Notes: generated by a model from the letters alone, not told the origin. 64,000 bases of DNA from Actinomycetes bacterium (GCA_025934435.1 JAICYB010000005.1:12596-76595), one strand, 5' to 3'; shown: positions 36,403 to 46,984, counted from the first letter of the stretch. Numbers and translations: made by a program.

Positions 36403-37436
36403 TCGCGGATTCACCCGAGCTCCTCACGCCGCAGTGGCTCTCGCACGCCCTCGGGCTTCCCGTCGCGTCCGCGCAGTCGACGCCACTCGGCACGGGGCAG
36501 ATGTGCGACAGCGTGCGTATCTCCCTCGTCTACGACGGATCATCGGACGGACCGTCGACGATAGTCGCGAAGCTTCCAGCCGCCGATCCGACGAGTCGCA
36601 ACACGGCGATGATGCTGCGCAACTACGTGAAGGAAGTGAATTTCTACCGGCACTTCGTCGACACGCTGACGATCCGGACGCCGCACGTGCTCTATGCGGA
36701 CATCGACGACAGCGGTGTGAGCTTCGTCCTGCTCATGGAGGACATGGCACCCGCCACCCAGGGCGATCAGCTCGCCGGATGTACGCCGGAGGTCGCGCGC
36801 GCGGCGCTGAGAGAGATGGTCGGGTTGCACGCACCGCGCTGGAACGATCCGAAGCTCAAGGGATACGACTGGTTTTACGTCGACCCGGAGACGAACCGTT
36901 CGTCGTCGGGGATGTTGCCGGTGCTCTGGCACGGCTTCCGCGAGCGTTATGCGGACCGCCTGACGGAGGAAGTGCTGAAAGTGGGCGTTTCGCTCTTCGA
37001 GAACATCGACAAGTACGCGACGGACGCCGGTGGGCCGAAGACGATCGTCCACGGTGACTACAGGCTCGACAACCTTCTGCTCGGACCGGGACCCGACGAC
37101 GTCGCCGTCGTCGACTGGCAGACGATCGCGTTCGGAACGGCTGCGTCCGACGCGGCTTACTTCATCGGCGCGGGTCTGCTGCCCGAGCTCCGGCGCGAGC
37201 ACGAGGACGAACTCCTCCGCGCGTACTACGACGATCTGCTCGCCGCGGGCGTCAAGGACTTCAGCTGGGACGAGTGCCGGCGTGACTACACGCGCGGCTC
37301 GTTCGCCGGGCTGATCATGGCCGTTGGCGCGTCGATGCTCGTGGAACGCACCGAACGCGGCGACGCGATGTTCATGGCCATGGCGGAGCGTCATGCACAG
37401 CACGCCCTCGATCTCGACGCGCTCGCGGCGCTCTAG
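36399..37436 (+). CDS. Phosphotransferase family protein (APH/EcKL-like kinase fold)
   Basis: GTG at 36399. IVHGDYRLDNLLLG...VVDWQT. Confidence 0.75.
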   Translation: MIADSPELLTPQWLSHALGLPVASAQSTPLGTGQMCDSVRISLVYDGSSDGPSTIVAKLPAADPTSRNTAMMLRNYVKEVNFYRHFVDTLTIRTPHVLYADIDDSGVSFVLLMEDMAPATQGDQLAGCTPEVARAALREMVGLHAPRWNDPKLKGYDWFYVDPETNRSSSGMLPVLWHGFRERYADRLTEEVLKVGVSLFENIDKYATDAGGPKTIVHGDYRLDNLLLGPGPDDVAVVDWQTIAFGTAASDAAYFIGAGLLPELRREHEDELLRAYYDDLLAAGVKDFSWDECRRDYTRGSFAGLIMAVGASMLVERTERGDAMFMAMAERHAQHALDLDALAAL

Positions 37437-37441
37437 GACCG

Positions 37442-37906
37442 ATGCGAGCGGACGATATCCCCGTCGCGAACACGCCGCCTGGTCGTTGGAGGGGCGATAT
37501 GCCGCCGCCCATCCTCGCCGGGTGCACGGAACCGCTCGCCGACGGCGCGATCGACATGCGCGGCATGTGGCGTGCGGTGTCGGTCGAATGGAAACTCGGC
37601 GATCCTCCCGATCCGATCCCGGTGGCCGATCACGTCGAGCGCATCGAGCAGTGCGGCAACCGCGTCTGCATCACGACGACGGGGATCATCCACGACATGC
37701 GCGCGGACGGCACCGTTGAGCACGGCGTCCACGACGTCTCGCCGGACGGAACACCGATCACGGTGGTGTGCACCTTCGAGGACGGTGTGCACGTGCTTCG
37801 TCCCGTCGGCATCGCCGGAGTCGAAGTGACGCGACGGCTCGACGGCGATCAGCTCGTGTGGACGTACGGACCGATGTTCGTCGCGCGGATGGAGCGGATC
37901 GACTAG
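37442..37906 (+). CDS. Hypothetical protein
   Basis: 154-aa ORF, 5 nt after the kinase gene. No motif recognised. Confidence 0.5.
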   Translation: MRADDIPVANTPPGRWRGDMPPPILAGCTEPLADGAIDMRGMWRAVSVEWKLGDPPDPIPVADHVERIEQCGNRVCITTTGIIHDMRADGTVEHGVHDVSPDGTPITVVCTFEDGVHVLRPVGIAGVEVTRRLDGDQLVWTYGPMFVARMERID

Positions 37907-38604
37907 CGAGCGACCGCGAACGTCGCGCCGGCGATCTCGGCGACACTCGCGTCGACGTCCGGCAATTCGAACACGAAGGACGCGATCCCTTCGCGGCCCC
38001 CGTCGCGCCGGACGAATCGCACGGTCTGGCGCCCCTCGTCGAGCGTGATGACGTCGCCGTGGGCGGTTTCGCCGAGTACCTCGGCCCATCGCTTCGCGAC
38101 GTCGGACGGATCATCGACGCGCACCGTCATCTCGCGGACCCCGCCGTGCACCGGTGGTGTGTCCGAGCCGATCCAGGCCGGACCGCCCCAGCGCCACGAT
38201 GCGAACGGCGCGGGTTCGTCGATCGACACGATCGCTCCGCCGATGTCCTTCGGGTGGAGGTGCATCGCTTGGATGTCCTCGAGCTCGGCGTGCCAGACGA
38301 CGCGGAGGCCCATGTCCGCGACACGCTTCCGCACAGCGTCGATGTCGGTCACTTGGAAGATCGCCATGTAGCCGCCTTCGCCGGTCTTGTCGATGGTTCG
38401 TCCGGCGGCCGTGTTGTCCTGGACGGGAACGACGACTTCGACGAATGATTCGCCCGCCGAGTACACGACGTTGCGCAGTCCGAACGCCGCGACGCCGGGA
38501 TCGTTGAAGCCGTCGTGCACGCCGAGCGTCGCCTCGAGTTGCGCGGCGGCGGGCTCGAGCTCGCGCGCGGCAAGGACCACCTGCCGTAGCCTCGTCTTGG
38601 TCAT
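37903..38604 (-). CDS. VOC/glyoxalase-like domain protein
   Basis: ATG at 38604 (MTKTRLRQVVLAARELEPAAAQLEATLG...). Confidence 0.6.
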   Translation of the reverse strand: MTKTRLRQVVLAARELEPAAAQLEATLGVHDGFNDPGVAAFGLRNVVYSAGESFVEVVVPVQDNTAAGRTIDKTGEGGYMAIFQVTDIDAVRKRVADMGLRVVWHAELEDIQAMHLHPKDIGGAIVSIDEPAPFASWRWGGPAWIGSDTPPVHGGVREMTVRVDDPSDVAKRWAEVLGETAHGDVITLDEGRQTVRFVRRDGGREGIASFVFELPDVDASVAEIAGATFAVAR

Positions 38605-38615
38605 CGCCGCAGAGA

Positions 38616-39665
38616 TTAGGCGAAATGCTCGCGCACGCGAGGGGCAACCTTCGTCCCGAAGAGTTCGATGCTGCGCAGCATCGCTTCGTGGGGGAGCGTG
38701 CCTCCGCTGTACTTCATCGTGAACCGCTCGAGCCCGAGGCCTTCGACCGCGCGGATGATCTTCTCGGCGACGGTGTCCGGTGAGCCGACCATCAGGGCAC
38801 CGTCCGGACCGATCGCCTGCTCGTACTGGTCGCGTGTGAGCGGCGGCCAGCCGCGTTCGCGTCCGATCTTCGTCATCTGGACGCGGTAGTGCGGCCACAG
38901 CTCTTCACGCGCTTGCTCGTCGGTGTCCGCGACGTGGCCCGGTCCGTGCGCCGCGACCGGGAGCGGCGCCTTCCCGAACCTGTCGAGCGCGCGACGGTAC
39001 AGATCGACGAGCGGCGTGAAGCGCAGCGGATCGCCGCCGATGATCGCGACGACGAGTGGAAGACCGTGGTGCGCGGCGCGGACGACCGATTCGGGATTCC
39101 CGCCGACGCCGACCCATGCCTTGAGGCGTTGGTCGGTCGCCGGAAAGACGCGCTGCCCGTTCAGTGGTGCACGTTTCGTTCCCGACCACGTCACGGGTTC
39201 GTTGTCGAGGAGCTTCACGAACAGGTCGAGCTTCTCCTCGAAGAGCACCTCGTAGTCGGCCAGGTCGTACCCGAAGAGCGGGAAGGACTCCGTGAACGAT
39301 CCGCGGCCGAGGATGACCTCGGCCCGCCCGTTCGAGAGTCCATCGAGTGTCGCGAAGCGTTCGTAGACGCGGACGGGGTCGTCCGAGCTGAGCACGGTGA
39401 CGGACGTACCGAGATGGATCCGCTCCGTCCGGCCGGCGATGTTCGCCAGAACCGTTTCGGGGGCCGAGATCGAGAAGTCGGGACGGTGGTGTTCGCCGAC
39501 CCCGAAGAAGTCGACGCCCAGCCGATCGGCGAGGACGGCCTCTTCCACGACGTTGCGGAGGACGTCGCCGTATGGGAGAAGCTCGCCGTCCGCACCGAAG
39601 GTCACGTCGCCGAAGGTGTCGAGTCCGAGTTCCACGTGTGATGGGACACCGATCGGATCGTTCAT
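38616..39665 (-). CDS. LLM-class flavin-dependent oxidoreductase
   Basis: ATG at 39665 (MNDPIGVPSHVELGLDTFGDV...FFGVGEHHRPDF...). Confidence 0.8.
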   Translation of the reverse strand: MNDPIGVPSHVELGLDTFGDVTFGADGELLPYGDVLRNVVEEAVLADRLGVDFFGVGEHHRPDFSISAPETVLANIAGRTERIHLGTSVTVLSSDDPVRVYERFATLDGLSNGRAEVILGRGSFTESFPLFGYDLADYEVLFEEKLDLFVKLLDNEPVTWSGTKRAPLNGQRVFPATDQRLKAWVGVGGNPESVVRAAHHGLPLVVAIIGGDPLRFTPLVDLYRRALDRFGKAPLPVAAHGPGHVADTDEQAREELWPHYRVQMTKIGRERGWPPLTRDQYEQAIGPDGALMVGSPDTVAEKIIRAVEGLGLERFTMKYSGGTLPHEAMLRSIELFGTKVAPRVREHFA

Positions 39666-39678
39666 ATTCCCGGGGAAT
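39666..39678. promoter_or_regulatory. 13-nt perfect palindrome ATTCCCGGGGAAT filling half of a 24-nt divergent gap
   Basis: Read directly from the sequence. Lies between the starts at 39665 (minus) and 39690 (plus). Confidence 0.35.
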
Positions 39679-39689
39679 ACGCTGTCAGC

Positions 39690-40577
39690 GTGACCGACTG
39701 GCCGGAGCTCCGGGTCGAAGCGTGGGCCGACACCCGCGACACCCTGCACATGTGGAGCCAGATCGTCGGGAAGGTCAGCCTCGCACTGGCGCCGATGATC
39801 AATCACTGGTGGGGCGTCACCTTCCGTGTCGATCCGACGGGCATGTCGACGCCGCTCCTGCCGTACGGCGACGGCGGTGTCCAGCTCGGCTTCGATCTCA
39901 CCGATCACGTCCTGCGGATCACGACCACGCGCGGACACCGTGAGATGAAGCTCGCGCCGCGCAGCGTCGCGGATTTCTACGGCGAATTCAGGACGAAGCT
40001 CCGCGAGCTCGACATCGACGTGAAGATCTTCCCGCGTCCGGTCGAGATCGCCGAGGCGATCCCGTTCGCCGAGGACACCCAGCACGCGTCCTACGATGCG
40101 GATGCCGTCGAGCGTTTCCACCGTGTTCTCGTTTCGTCGGTGAATGCGTTCTCGGAGTTCCGGTCGGAGTTCATCGGGAAGGTCAGTCCCGTCCAGTTCT
40201 TCTGGGGTGGTTTCGATCTTGCCGTCACGCGCTTCTCGGGACGAGCGGCACCGCAGCATCGCGGCGGCGTCCCGAACTGTCCGGACTACGTGCAGTACCT
40301 CGCGTACAGCCACGAGGTCAGCAGCGCGGGGTACTGGCCGGGCGGGGATGGCGAAGGAGTCTTCTATTCCTACGCTTACCCCGAACCGCCGGGGTTCGCC
40401 GATGCTGCGGCAACCGGTCGCTACGACGCCGGCCTCGGTGAGTTCGTCCTGCCGGTGACCGATGTCCGAACGGCCGAGGATCCGGACGCAACACTCATGT
40501 CGTTCCTGCGATCGACGTACGAGGCCGCGGCCGGCCTCGCGGCGTGGGACCGTCCCGCTCTCGAAAGGACAACTTGA
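39690..40577 (+). CDS. DUF5996-family protein
   Basis: GTG start. WADTRDTLHMWSQIVGKVSLALAPMINHWW, VQFFWGGFDLAVTRFSGR. Confidence 0.7.
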   Translation: MTDWPELRVEAWADTRDTLHMWSQIVGKVSLALAPMINHWWGVTFRVDPTGMSTPLLPYGDGGVQLGFDLTDHVLRITTTRGHREMKLAPRSVADFYGEFRTKLRELDIDVKIFPRPVEIAEAIPFAEDTQHASYDADAVERFHRVLVSSVNAFSEFRSEFIGKVSPVQFFWGGFDLAVTRFSGRAAPQHRGGVPNCPDYVQYLAYSHEVSSAGYWPGGDGEGVFYSYAYPEPPGFADAAATGRYDAGLGEFVLPVTDVRTAEDPDATLMSFLRSTYEAAAGLAAWDRPALERTT

Positions 40578-40870
40578 TGGATCAGTGCGCGCATCTCGAT
40601 TCGATCGAAGACGTCACGCCGTCGTCGGACGGTTGCGAGGACTGCCTCGCGGCAGGCAAGCACAACTGGGTGCATCTTCGGGTCTGTCAGGGATGCGGTC
40701 ACGTCGGCTGCTGCGACCAATCGCCGGGGAAACATGCGACGGCGCATTTCCACGGCGGTGGGCACCCGATCATCCGGTCGTTCGAACCCGGCGAGGATTG
40801 GTACTTCTGTTACGTCGACGACGTCGCGTTCGAGATCGACGACGCACCTCCCGCGCCGTCACATCCGTGA
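40577..40870 (+). CDS. UBP-type zinc-finger protein
   Basis: ATG at 40577 overlapping the upstream stop. CAHLD...CEDCLAAGKHNWVHLRVCQGCGHVGCCDQSPGKHATAHF. Confidence 0.75.
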   Translation: MDQCAHLDSIEDVTPSSDGCEDCLAAGKHNWVHLRVCQGCGHVGCCDQSPGKHATAHFHGGGHPIIRSFEPGEDWYFCYVDDVAFEIDDAPPAPSHP

Positions 40871-40906
40871 TGTATGATTCCCGCCAGTCGATAGGGGAGG
40901 TCTGAC

Positions 40907-40954
40907 ATGACAGCTAGCTCCGGCCGGGCCCCCGTTTCGGCTGTTTCCTTCTAG
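40907..40954 (+). other. Candidate 15-codon small ORF (MTASSGRAPVSAVSF) with a strong ribosome-binding site
   Basis: GGGGAGG lies 6 nt upstream of the ATG. The ORF is followed by the hairpin GGCAGCA-N17-TGCTGCC (40978-41008), then the AAGGAG site of the ABC exporter gene. Confidence 0.25.
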
Positions 40955-41023
40955 AGCGTCCAGCTCTCGGCGGTCCCGGCAGCAGCCCTTCGTTCATCTC
41001 GTGCTGCCTAAAGGAGCGCTGTC

Positions 41024-42760
41024 TTGTTCTCGAAGCTCGACCGTGAGCTGTTATCGAAGTACCTGTCACCGCAGTGGCCGAGGGTCGTCCTCCTCGGCGT
41101 GCTGCTCGTAGCCGGCATCGGCTGCCAGCTGGCGAATCCTCAGATCGCGAAGACGTTCATCGACCGCGCGCAAGCCGGCGATCCGTTCGCGCACCTGATC
41201 CGGATCGCGATCTTCTACCTCGTCGTGGCGTTCATCACGCAGGTGACGAGCGTCCTCGACGGCTACGTCGCGAGCGACGTCGGGTGGCGGTCGACGAACG
41301 CGGTACGGGCGGACCTGTTGCGTCACGTGCTGTCGCTGGACGGCTCGTTCCACGGCGAGCACGGCGCCGGCGAGCTGATCGAACGGATCGACGGCGACGT
41401 GACGGCGATCGCGGGATTCTTCTCGCGCTTCGTCGTGCAGCTGCTCGGAAGCGCCGTGTTCCTCGTCGGTGTGCTCGTCCTGCTCTTCGTCGTCGACGTG
41501 CGCGTCGGGGCGCTGCTGACCGGCTTCTCCATCGGTGCGCTCGGCTACATGACGCGCGGCGGCGGATGGGTCGGACGTCGCGCCCGCGACGCGCGCCGCG
41601 CGGCCGGACGGTTCATGGGGTACGTCGAAGAGCGTCTGACGGGACTGCCCGACATCAAATCGAGCGGCGCCGACGCCTACGCGATGGTCCGCTTCCACGA
41701 GCGCTCGCGCGACCGCTACGACCGGACGGCGGACGCCGCGCGAGCCGCGTCGATCTACAACAGCAGCATCGGAGGTTTCTTCGTGTTCGGGACGGGCGCG
41801 TCGCTCGCGCTTGCGACGGTGTTGCACGCGCGCGGTGCGATCACGCTCGGCACCGTCTACCTGATCTTCCGCTACACCACGATGCTTCGCATGCCGCTCG
41901 AGAACCTGTCGCGGCAGATGAACGCGTTCCAGCAAGCGACCGGGGGGATCGTCCGCGTTCGAGAGCTGTTCGCGACGACTTCGCGCGTCGTCGACGCGGG
42001 CGGCGCGACGATGCCGGCGGGAGCATTGTCGCTCGACTTCGATGGTGTTTGGTTCGCGTACGAGGACGCACCCGTGCTGCGCGACGTCTCGTTCCACGTC
42101 GCTGCCGGCTCGTGCCTCGGCCTGCTCGGCCGCACCGGTTCCGGGAAGACCACCATCTCGCGTCTCGTCTTCCGGTTGCACGACGCCTCCAGGGGGACGA
42201 TCCGCCTCGGCGGTGTGAACGTCCGCGACGCGGAGATCGACGGGCTGCGCGAACGCGTCGGACTCGTCACGCAGGACGTCCAGATCTTCGAGGCGTCGGT
42301 GCGCGACAACGTGACGATCTTCGACCCGACCGTCACGGACGACCGCCTGGAAGAAGTGTTTGCCGAACTTGGACTTCTCGACTGGCTGCACGGATTGACG
42401 GACGGTTTCGACACGCTGCTCGGCCCCCGGGGCCGTGGTTTGTCCGCCGGTGAGGCGCAGCTCGTTGCCCTCGCGCGGATCTTCCTGCGCGATCCGGGTT
42501 TCGTCATCCTCGACGAAGCTTCGTCGCGTCTCGATCCGGCGACCGAACGTCTGCTCGAGTCGGCCGTCACCCGGCTCCTCGAAGGGCGCACCGGCCTGGT
42601 CATCGCGCACCGTTTGGCGACCGTGCTCCGCGCGGACGACATCGTCATCCTCGACGCCGGACGCATCGCCGAAGCCGGGCGGCGTGACGAGCTCGAGCGC
42701 GATCCGGAATCACGCTTCGCGCGATTGCTTCGCGCGGGGATGGTCGAGGAGCTCGCATGA
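41024..42760 (+). CDS. ABC exporter, fused permease/ATPase (heterodimer partner 1)
   Basis: TTG start after [35 protein letters not shown]. Confidence 0.85.
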   Translation: MFSKLDRELLSKYLSPQWPRVVLLGVLLVAGIGCQLANPQIAKTFIDRAQAGDPFAHLIRIAIFYLVVAFITQVTSVLDGYVASDVGWRSTNAVRADLLRHVLSLDGSFHGEHGAGELIERIDGDVTAIAGFFSRFVVQLLGSAVFLVGVLVLLFVVDVRVGALLTGFSIGALGYMTRGGGWVGRRARDARRAAGRFMGYVEERLTGLPDIKSSGADAYAMVRFHERSRDRYDRTADAARAASIYNSSIGGFFVFGTGASLALATVLHARGAITLGTVYLIFRYTTMLRMPLENLSRQMNAFQQATGGIVRVRELFATTSRVVDAGGATMPAGALSLDFDGVWFAYEDAPVLRDVSFHVAAGSCLGLLGRTGSGKTTISRLVFRLHDASRGTIRLGGVNVRDAEIDGLRERVGLVTQDVQIFEASVRDNVTIFDPTVTDDRLEEVFAELGLLDWLHGLTDGFDTLLGPRGRGLSAGEAQLVALARIFLRDPGFVILDEASSRLDPATERLLESAVTRLLEGRTGLVIAHRLATVLRADDIVILDAGRIAEAGRRDELERDPESRFARLLRAGMVEELA

Positions 42761-44529
42761 GCGCGCAGGAGATGCGTCCGTCGGTCGCGCTGTGGCGACT
42801 CGTCCGCTACAGCCCGAAGTACTTCTCGCTCTGCACGCTCTATGGAGTGGTGATCTTTCTCGTCGTGCCGCTCCCGGTCGGCCTCGCGACCCGGGCGTTC
42901 TTCGATGCACTGTCCGGACGGCACACGCTGGTCGGTCCGTGGGCGGCGATCGGCATCATCCTCGCCGCGGAGCTCCTCCAGCTCGTGATCGACCCGTTGC
43001 TCGGAAACCCGTGGAACTCGGTGCAGCAAACCTCGCAAGCGTTGATGCATCGCAACATGTTCGCGGCGATCCTCCGGCGTTTCGGGCACGACGGGCTGAC
43101 GGAAACCGTCGGCGACGCGATCAGCCGGTTCCGCGACGATCCCGCGAGCAGCGCGGACGCACTCGACGCACTCGCCGACCTCATCGGTCGGTCGTGCTTC
43201 GCGGCCGTTGCATTCGTGGTGATGTGGCGGATCAACGCGCCGATGACGGTCGTGCTGTTCGTCCCGATCCTCGGCAGCTCCCTCGTCGCACGTGCGCTCG
43301 GCGCGCGGACGATGCACTACCGCGCGAAGTCACGAGAGGCGACCGGGCGCGTCACCGGCTTCCTCGGCGAGCTCCTCGGTGCGCAGCTGGCGGTGAAGGT
43401 CGGCGGCGGCACGAACAACGCCGTCGAGCGGCTCGAACAGATGGGCGAGCGTCGCCGGAAGATGTCGCTCCGCGACGGCCTGTTCGGCGACGCCATCGAC
43501 TCGATCCACTTCCACCTCGCCGCCGTGGCGACGGGCGTCGTCCTGCTGCTCGGCGCACGTGCGATCCGCTCCGGCTCGTTCACCGTCGGTGACTTCGCGA
43601 TGTTCGTCCTGTTCCTCGACGAGCTGATGTTCCTGCCAACGGAGATCGGCCGGCTGATCAGCGATCTGCAACGGATCGATGTGTCCGTGGCGCGGATGAA
43701 GCGGCTGCTCCCGGGTGAGCCCGCCTCGGCGCTCGTCGCGTCCGCGCCCATCTATCTGCGGGACGAACCGCCGCCACTCGATCCACCGCCGTCACGCGAC
43801 CGGTTCGAACGGCTGGACGTTCGAAGCGCAACGTGCACGCATCACGACGGCACACGCGGCGTGGTGGATGTGTCGTTCGTCGTCGCGCGCGGGTCCTTCA
43901 CCGTCGTGACGGGACGGATCGGCGCCGGCAAGACGACGCTGCTCAACGGACTGCTCGGACTCCTGCCCCTCGAAGGCGGCGAGATCCGCTGGAACGATGT
44001 CGCGGTCGAAGACGGCGCTGCGTTCTTCGTCCCGCCCCGCACGGCGTACACGCCGCAGGTGCCGCGCCTGTTCAGCGAGACGTTGCGCGAGAACGTGCAG
44101 CTCGGCAGGGACACGGGTGACGGCGCGCTCGATGCCGCGATCCATGCGGCGGTGATGGAGGAGGACGTCACCGTTCTCGAGAGCGGTCTCGAAACGCTCG
44201 TCGGCCCCCGGGGCGTGAAGCTCTCGGGCGGACAGATCCAGCGAGCCGCCGCCGCGCGCATGTTCGTGCGCGATGCGGAATTGCTCGTCTTCGACGATCT
44301 GTCATCGGCGCTCGACGCGGACACGGAAGCGGAGCTCTGGTCGCGCCTGTTCTCGCGGTCGGACGACGTGACGTGTCTGGTCGTGTCGCACCGCCCGACG
44401 GCGCTCCGTCGAGCAGATCAGATCCTGTTGCTCGAGGACGGTCGCCTCGTTGCTTGCGGCACGCTCGACGAGCTGCTGTCGACCTCGGACGAGATGCAAC
44501 GGCTCTGGCAGCACGAGCTCATCGGGTGA
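42757..44529 (+). CDS. ABC exporter, fused permease/ATPase (heterodimer partner 2)
   Basis: ATGA overlap with the upstream gene. [29 protein letters not shown]. Confidence 0.85.
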   Translation: MSAQEMRPSVALWRLVRYSPKYFSLCTLYGVVIFLVVPLPVGLATRAFFDALSGRHTLVGPWAAIGIILAAELLQLVIDPLLGNPWNSVQQTSQALMHRNMFAAILRRFGHDGLTETVGDAISRFRDDPASSADALDALADLIGRSCFAAVAFVVMWRINAPMTVVLFVPILGSSLVARALGARTMHYRAKSREATGRVTGFLGELLGAQLAVKVGGGTNNAVERLEQMGERRRKMSLRDGLFGDAIDSIHFHLAAVATGVVLLLGARAIRSGSFTVGDFAMFVLFLDELMFLPTEIGRLISDLQRIDVSVARMKRLLPGEPASALVASAPIYLRDEPPPLDPPPSRDRFERLDVRSATCTHHDGTRGVVDVSFVVARGSFTVVTGRIGAGKTTLLNGLLGLLPLEGGEIRWNDVAVEDGAAFFVPPRTAYTPQVPRLFSETLRENVQLGRDTGDGALDAAIHAAVMEEDVTVLESGLETLVGPRGVKLSGGQIQRAAAARMFVRDAELLVFDDLSSALDADTEAELWSRLFSRSDDVTCLVVSHRPTALRRADQILLLEDGRLVACGTLDELLSTSDEMQRLWQHELIG

Positions 44530-45768
44530 TCACGCGAGGGCTTCGTCCGCGAAGCGTTTCGTCGCGAAGTAGCCGAAGATCGCCGTCGCGAAGCACACGA
44601 GCGCGCCGAACACGATCGGTGCGCGTACACCCAGGGCGTCGGCAACCCAGCCGAGCAGCGGACCGCCGATCGGAGCCGTTCCGGCCACGAGGACGGTTTG
44701 CAGGGCAAGGACGCGTCCGTGCATCTCGGGCGCCGCTTCGACCTGAGCGATCGTCGTCGTCGAGACGATGTAGAGGATCGATGCAACGCCGACCAGGAAC
44801 ACGACCGGGATCGCGACGCCGATGTTCGGCACAGCCGAGAGTCCGAGCATCGCGAGACCCATCGCCACCGCGCCGACGAGGATGTGGCGCATCGTGACGA
44901 GGTTGCGCCGAGCGACGACGAAACCGCTGACGACGGCGCCGAAGCTGAAGAGCGCGTAGAGCTCGGTGAAGATGGCGTCCGACCCGTGCAAGCCTCGCTC
45001 GACGAACAGCGGGAGCGTGACGGTGTAGTTGTACGACAGTGTCCCGATCGCGGCGAGCATGAGGAAGCTGATCCACAGGACGGGGACCGAAGCGATGTAG
45101 CGGAAGCCGGCGCGCACCTCGCCTTTCGTCCGCGGCGGGATCGGCCGGAGCCGAAGTTCCGACGTCCGCATCATCGCCAGGCAGAGAAGCACCGCCGAGT
45201 AGGACGCAGCATCGATCGTGAAACACCATCCGTAGCCGAGTGTCGTCACGAGCAGGCCGGCGAGCGCCGGACCGAAGATGCGCGAGACGTTGACGATCAC
45301 GCTGTACAGGACGACGGCATTCGGGATGTCTTCGTGGCGGACCATCTCCGTCACGAACGAACGGCGGAGCGGGTTGTCGAACGCGAGGAACGTCCCGCCG
45401 AAGAACGCGAGCGCGAACAGGCCGGCGAGCGGCGGATGGTGCATGAACGCGAGGATCGCGAGGCCGATCGACTCCACCATCTCGAGGGTCTGCGTGAGGA
45501 AGAGCGTGCGGCGCTTGTCCGAGCGGTCGGCGATCGCGCCGCCCCACGCGGAGAACAGCAAGATCGGGCCGAACTGGAACGCGACGATGAGGCCGACGTC
45601 GAAGCCGCTCTTGGTGAGCTTCAGGACGAGCAAGGTGAGCGCGACCGTCGTCAGCCAGTTGCCGCTGTTCGAGATGGACTGTCCGATGAAGAACAGCCGG
45701 TAGTTGCGGTTGCGAAGCGAGATGAAGGTATGGCGGACGGCCGTGCGGAATCGGTCTCTCATGTTCAT
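44530..45768 (-). CDS. MFS transporter (EntS/MFS_3-like)
   Basis: RNRNYRLFFIGQSISNSGNWL and about 12 hydrophobic segments. I chose the start at 45768 (MNMRDRF) so the gene does not overlap its divergent neighbour. Confidence 0.8.
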   Translation of the reverse strand: MNMRDRFRTAVRHTFISLRNRNYRLFFIGQSISNSGNWLTTVALTLLVLKLTKSGFDVGLIVAFQFGPILLFSAWGGAIADRSDKRRTLFLTQTLEMVESIGLAILAFMHHPPLAGLFALAFFGGTFLAFDNPLRRSFVTEMVRHEDIPNAVVLYSVIVNVSRIFGPALAGLLVTTLGYGWCFTIDAASYSAVLLCLAMMRTSELRLRPIPPRTKGEVRAGFRYIASVPVLWISFLMLAAIGTLSYNYTVTLPLFVERGLHGSDAIFTELYALFSFGAVVSGFVVARRNLVTMRHILVGAVAMGLAMLGLSAVPNIGVAIPVVFLVGVASILYIVSTTTIAQVEAAPEMHGRVLALQTVLVAGTAPIGGPLLGWVADALGVRAPIVFGALVCFATAIFGYFATKRFADEALA

Positions 45769-45802
45769 CGGTTGGCGCGGCTTGCGTACGATACGGGACA
45801 AC

Positions 45803-46984
45803 GTGAAGCTCACGAAGGCGACGCCCTACGCGATCCGAACGCCCCCGCCGAACTACGGGGGCTACTACTGGTACTTCGTCAAGCTGGAAACCGACGATGG
45901 ACTTGTCGGGTGGGGGGAAACCGCCGTCCTGTTCAGCCTCTACGGCCACGAGCGGGCGTTCGAATCTCTCGTCGAAGGGGTGTTCAAGCGCTACCTCAAC
46001 GGGCGCGATCCGATGAACCGCGACGCTCTCAACAAGACGATGTACGCCGGCCTCTCGTCGCAGCACACCGACTACTTCGTCGGCGGCATCATCAGCGCCT
46101 TCGACATCGCGATGTGGGACATCTGCGGCAAGCACTTCGGTGCGCCGGTCGCCGACCTGCTCGGCGGACGCTACCGCGACCGCATCCGCACCTATACCTA
46201 CCTGTACGACACCGAGGACGAAGGCGGTCTCGCGGCGTCCGCGTCGAACTGGCAGAACAACCCGAAACGCGTCGGCGAGGTCGCGGCCAAGCTCGTCGAC
46301 GAAGGCTTCACGGCTGTGAAGCTCGACCCGCTCTACTACACGCTCCCCGGAGTGCTTCCGCTCTCACCGTGGGAGATCACGATGGAGGAATACGACCGCG
46401 CGGAGCGCACGATCGAAGCGATCCGGAGCGCGGTGGGCAACCGCGCGGACATCTGCATCGGCACGCACGGTCAGATCACGCCGTCGGTCTCGCGCCGGCT
46501 CGCGAAGCGGCTCGAGCCCTACGACCCGCTCTGGCTCGAAGAGCCGTGTCCGCCGGAGAACTTCGAAGAGATGGGACGGATCGCCGCGAGCACATCGATA
46601 CCGATCGCGACCGGGGAGCGTCTCGCGTACGTGCATGACTTCCAGAAGCTGTTCGCGGCGGGGGCGTGCCACTTCGCGCAGCCGGACATGGGCAGCTGCG
46701 GCGGCATCACCGCCGGCAAGCAGATCGCCGCACTCGCGGAAGCGAGCTACGTCCTCATGGCACCGCACGTCTGGGGCGGACCCGTCATCACCGCCGCGGC
46801 TATGCAGCTCGACGTGAATGTTCCGAATTTCCTGATCCAGGAGAGCATCTACAAGTCTCGGGGCTTCTTCGACGAGATCGTGAAAGATCCGTTCACGTGG
46901 GAGGACGGCGATCTGATCTTCGACGACCGTCCCGGCATCGGCATCGAGCTGGACGAAACGAAGCTCGAGCCCTATCGCGCTTAG
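45803..46984 (+). CDS. Enolase-superfamily enzyme (mandelate racemase/muconate lactonizing; acid-sugar dehydratase-like)
   Basis: GTG at 45803. LVGWGET, AFDIAMWDICGKHFGAPVADLLGG, LWLEEP. Confidence 0.8.
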   Translation: MKLTKATPYAIRTPPPNYGGYYWYFVKLETDDGLVGWGETAVLFSLYGHERAFESLVEGVFKRYLNGRDPMNRDALNKTMYAGLSSQHTDYFVGGIISAFDIAMWDICGKHFGAPVADLLGGRYRDRIRTYTYLYDTEDEGGLAASASNWQNNPKRVGEVAAKLVDEGFTAVKLDPLYYTLPGVLPLSPWEITMEEYDRAERTIEAIRSAVGNRADICIGTHGQITPSVSRRLAKRLEPYDPLWLEEPCPPENFEEMGRIAASTSIPIATGERLAYVHDFQKLFAAGACHFAQPDMGSCGGITAGKQIAALAEASYVLMAPHVWGGPVITAAAMQLDVNVPNFLIQESIYKSRGFFDEIVKDPFTWEDGDLIFDDRPGIGIELDETKLEPYRA

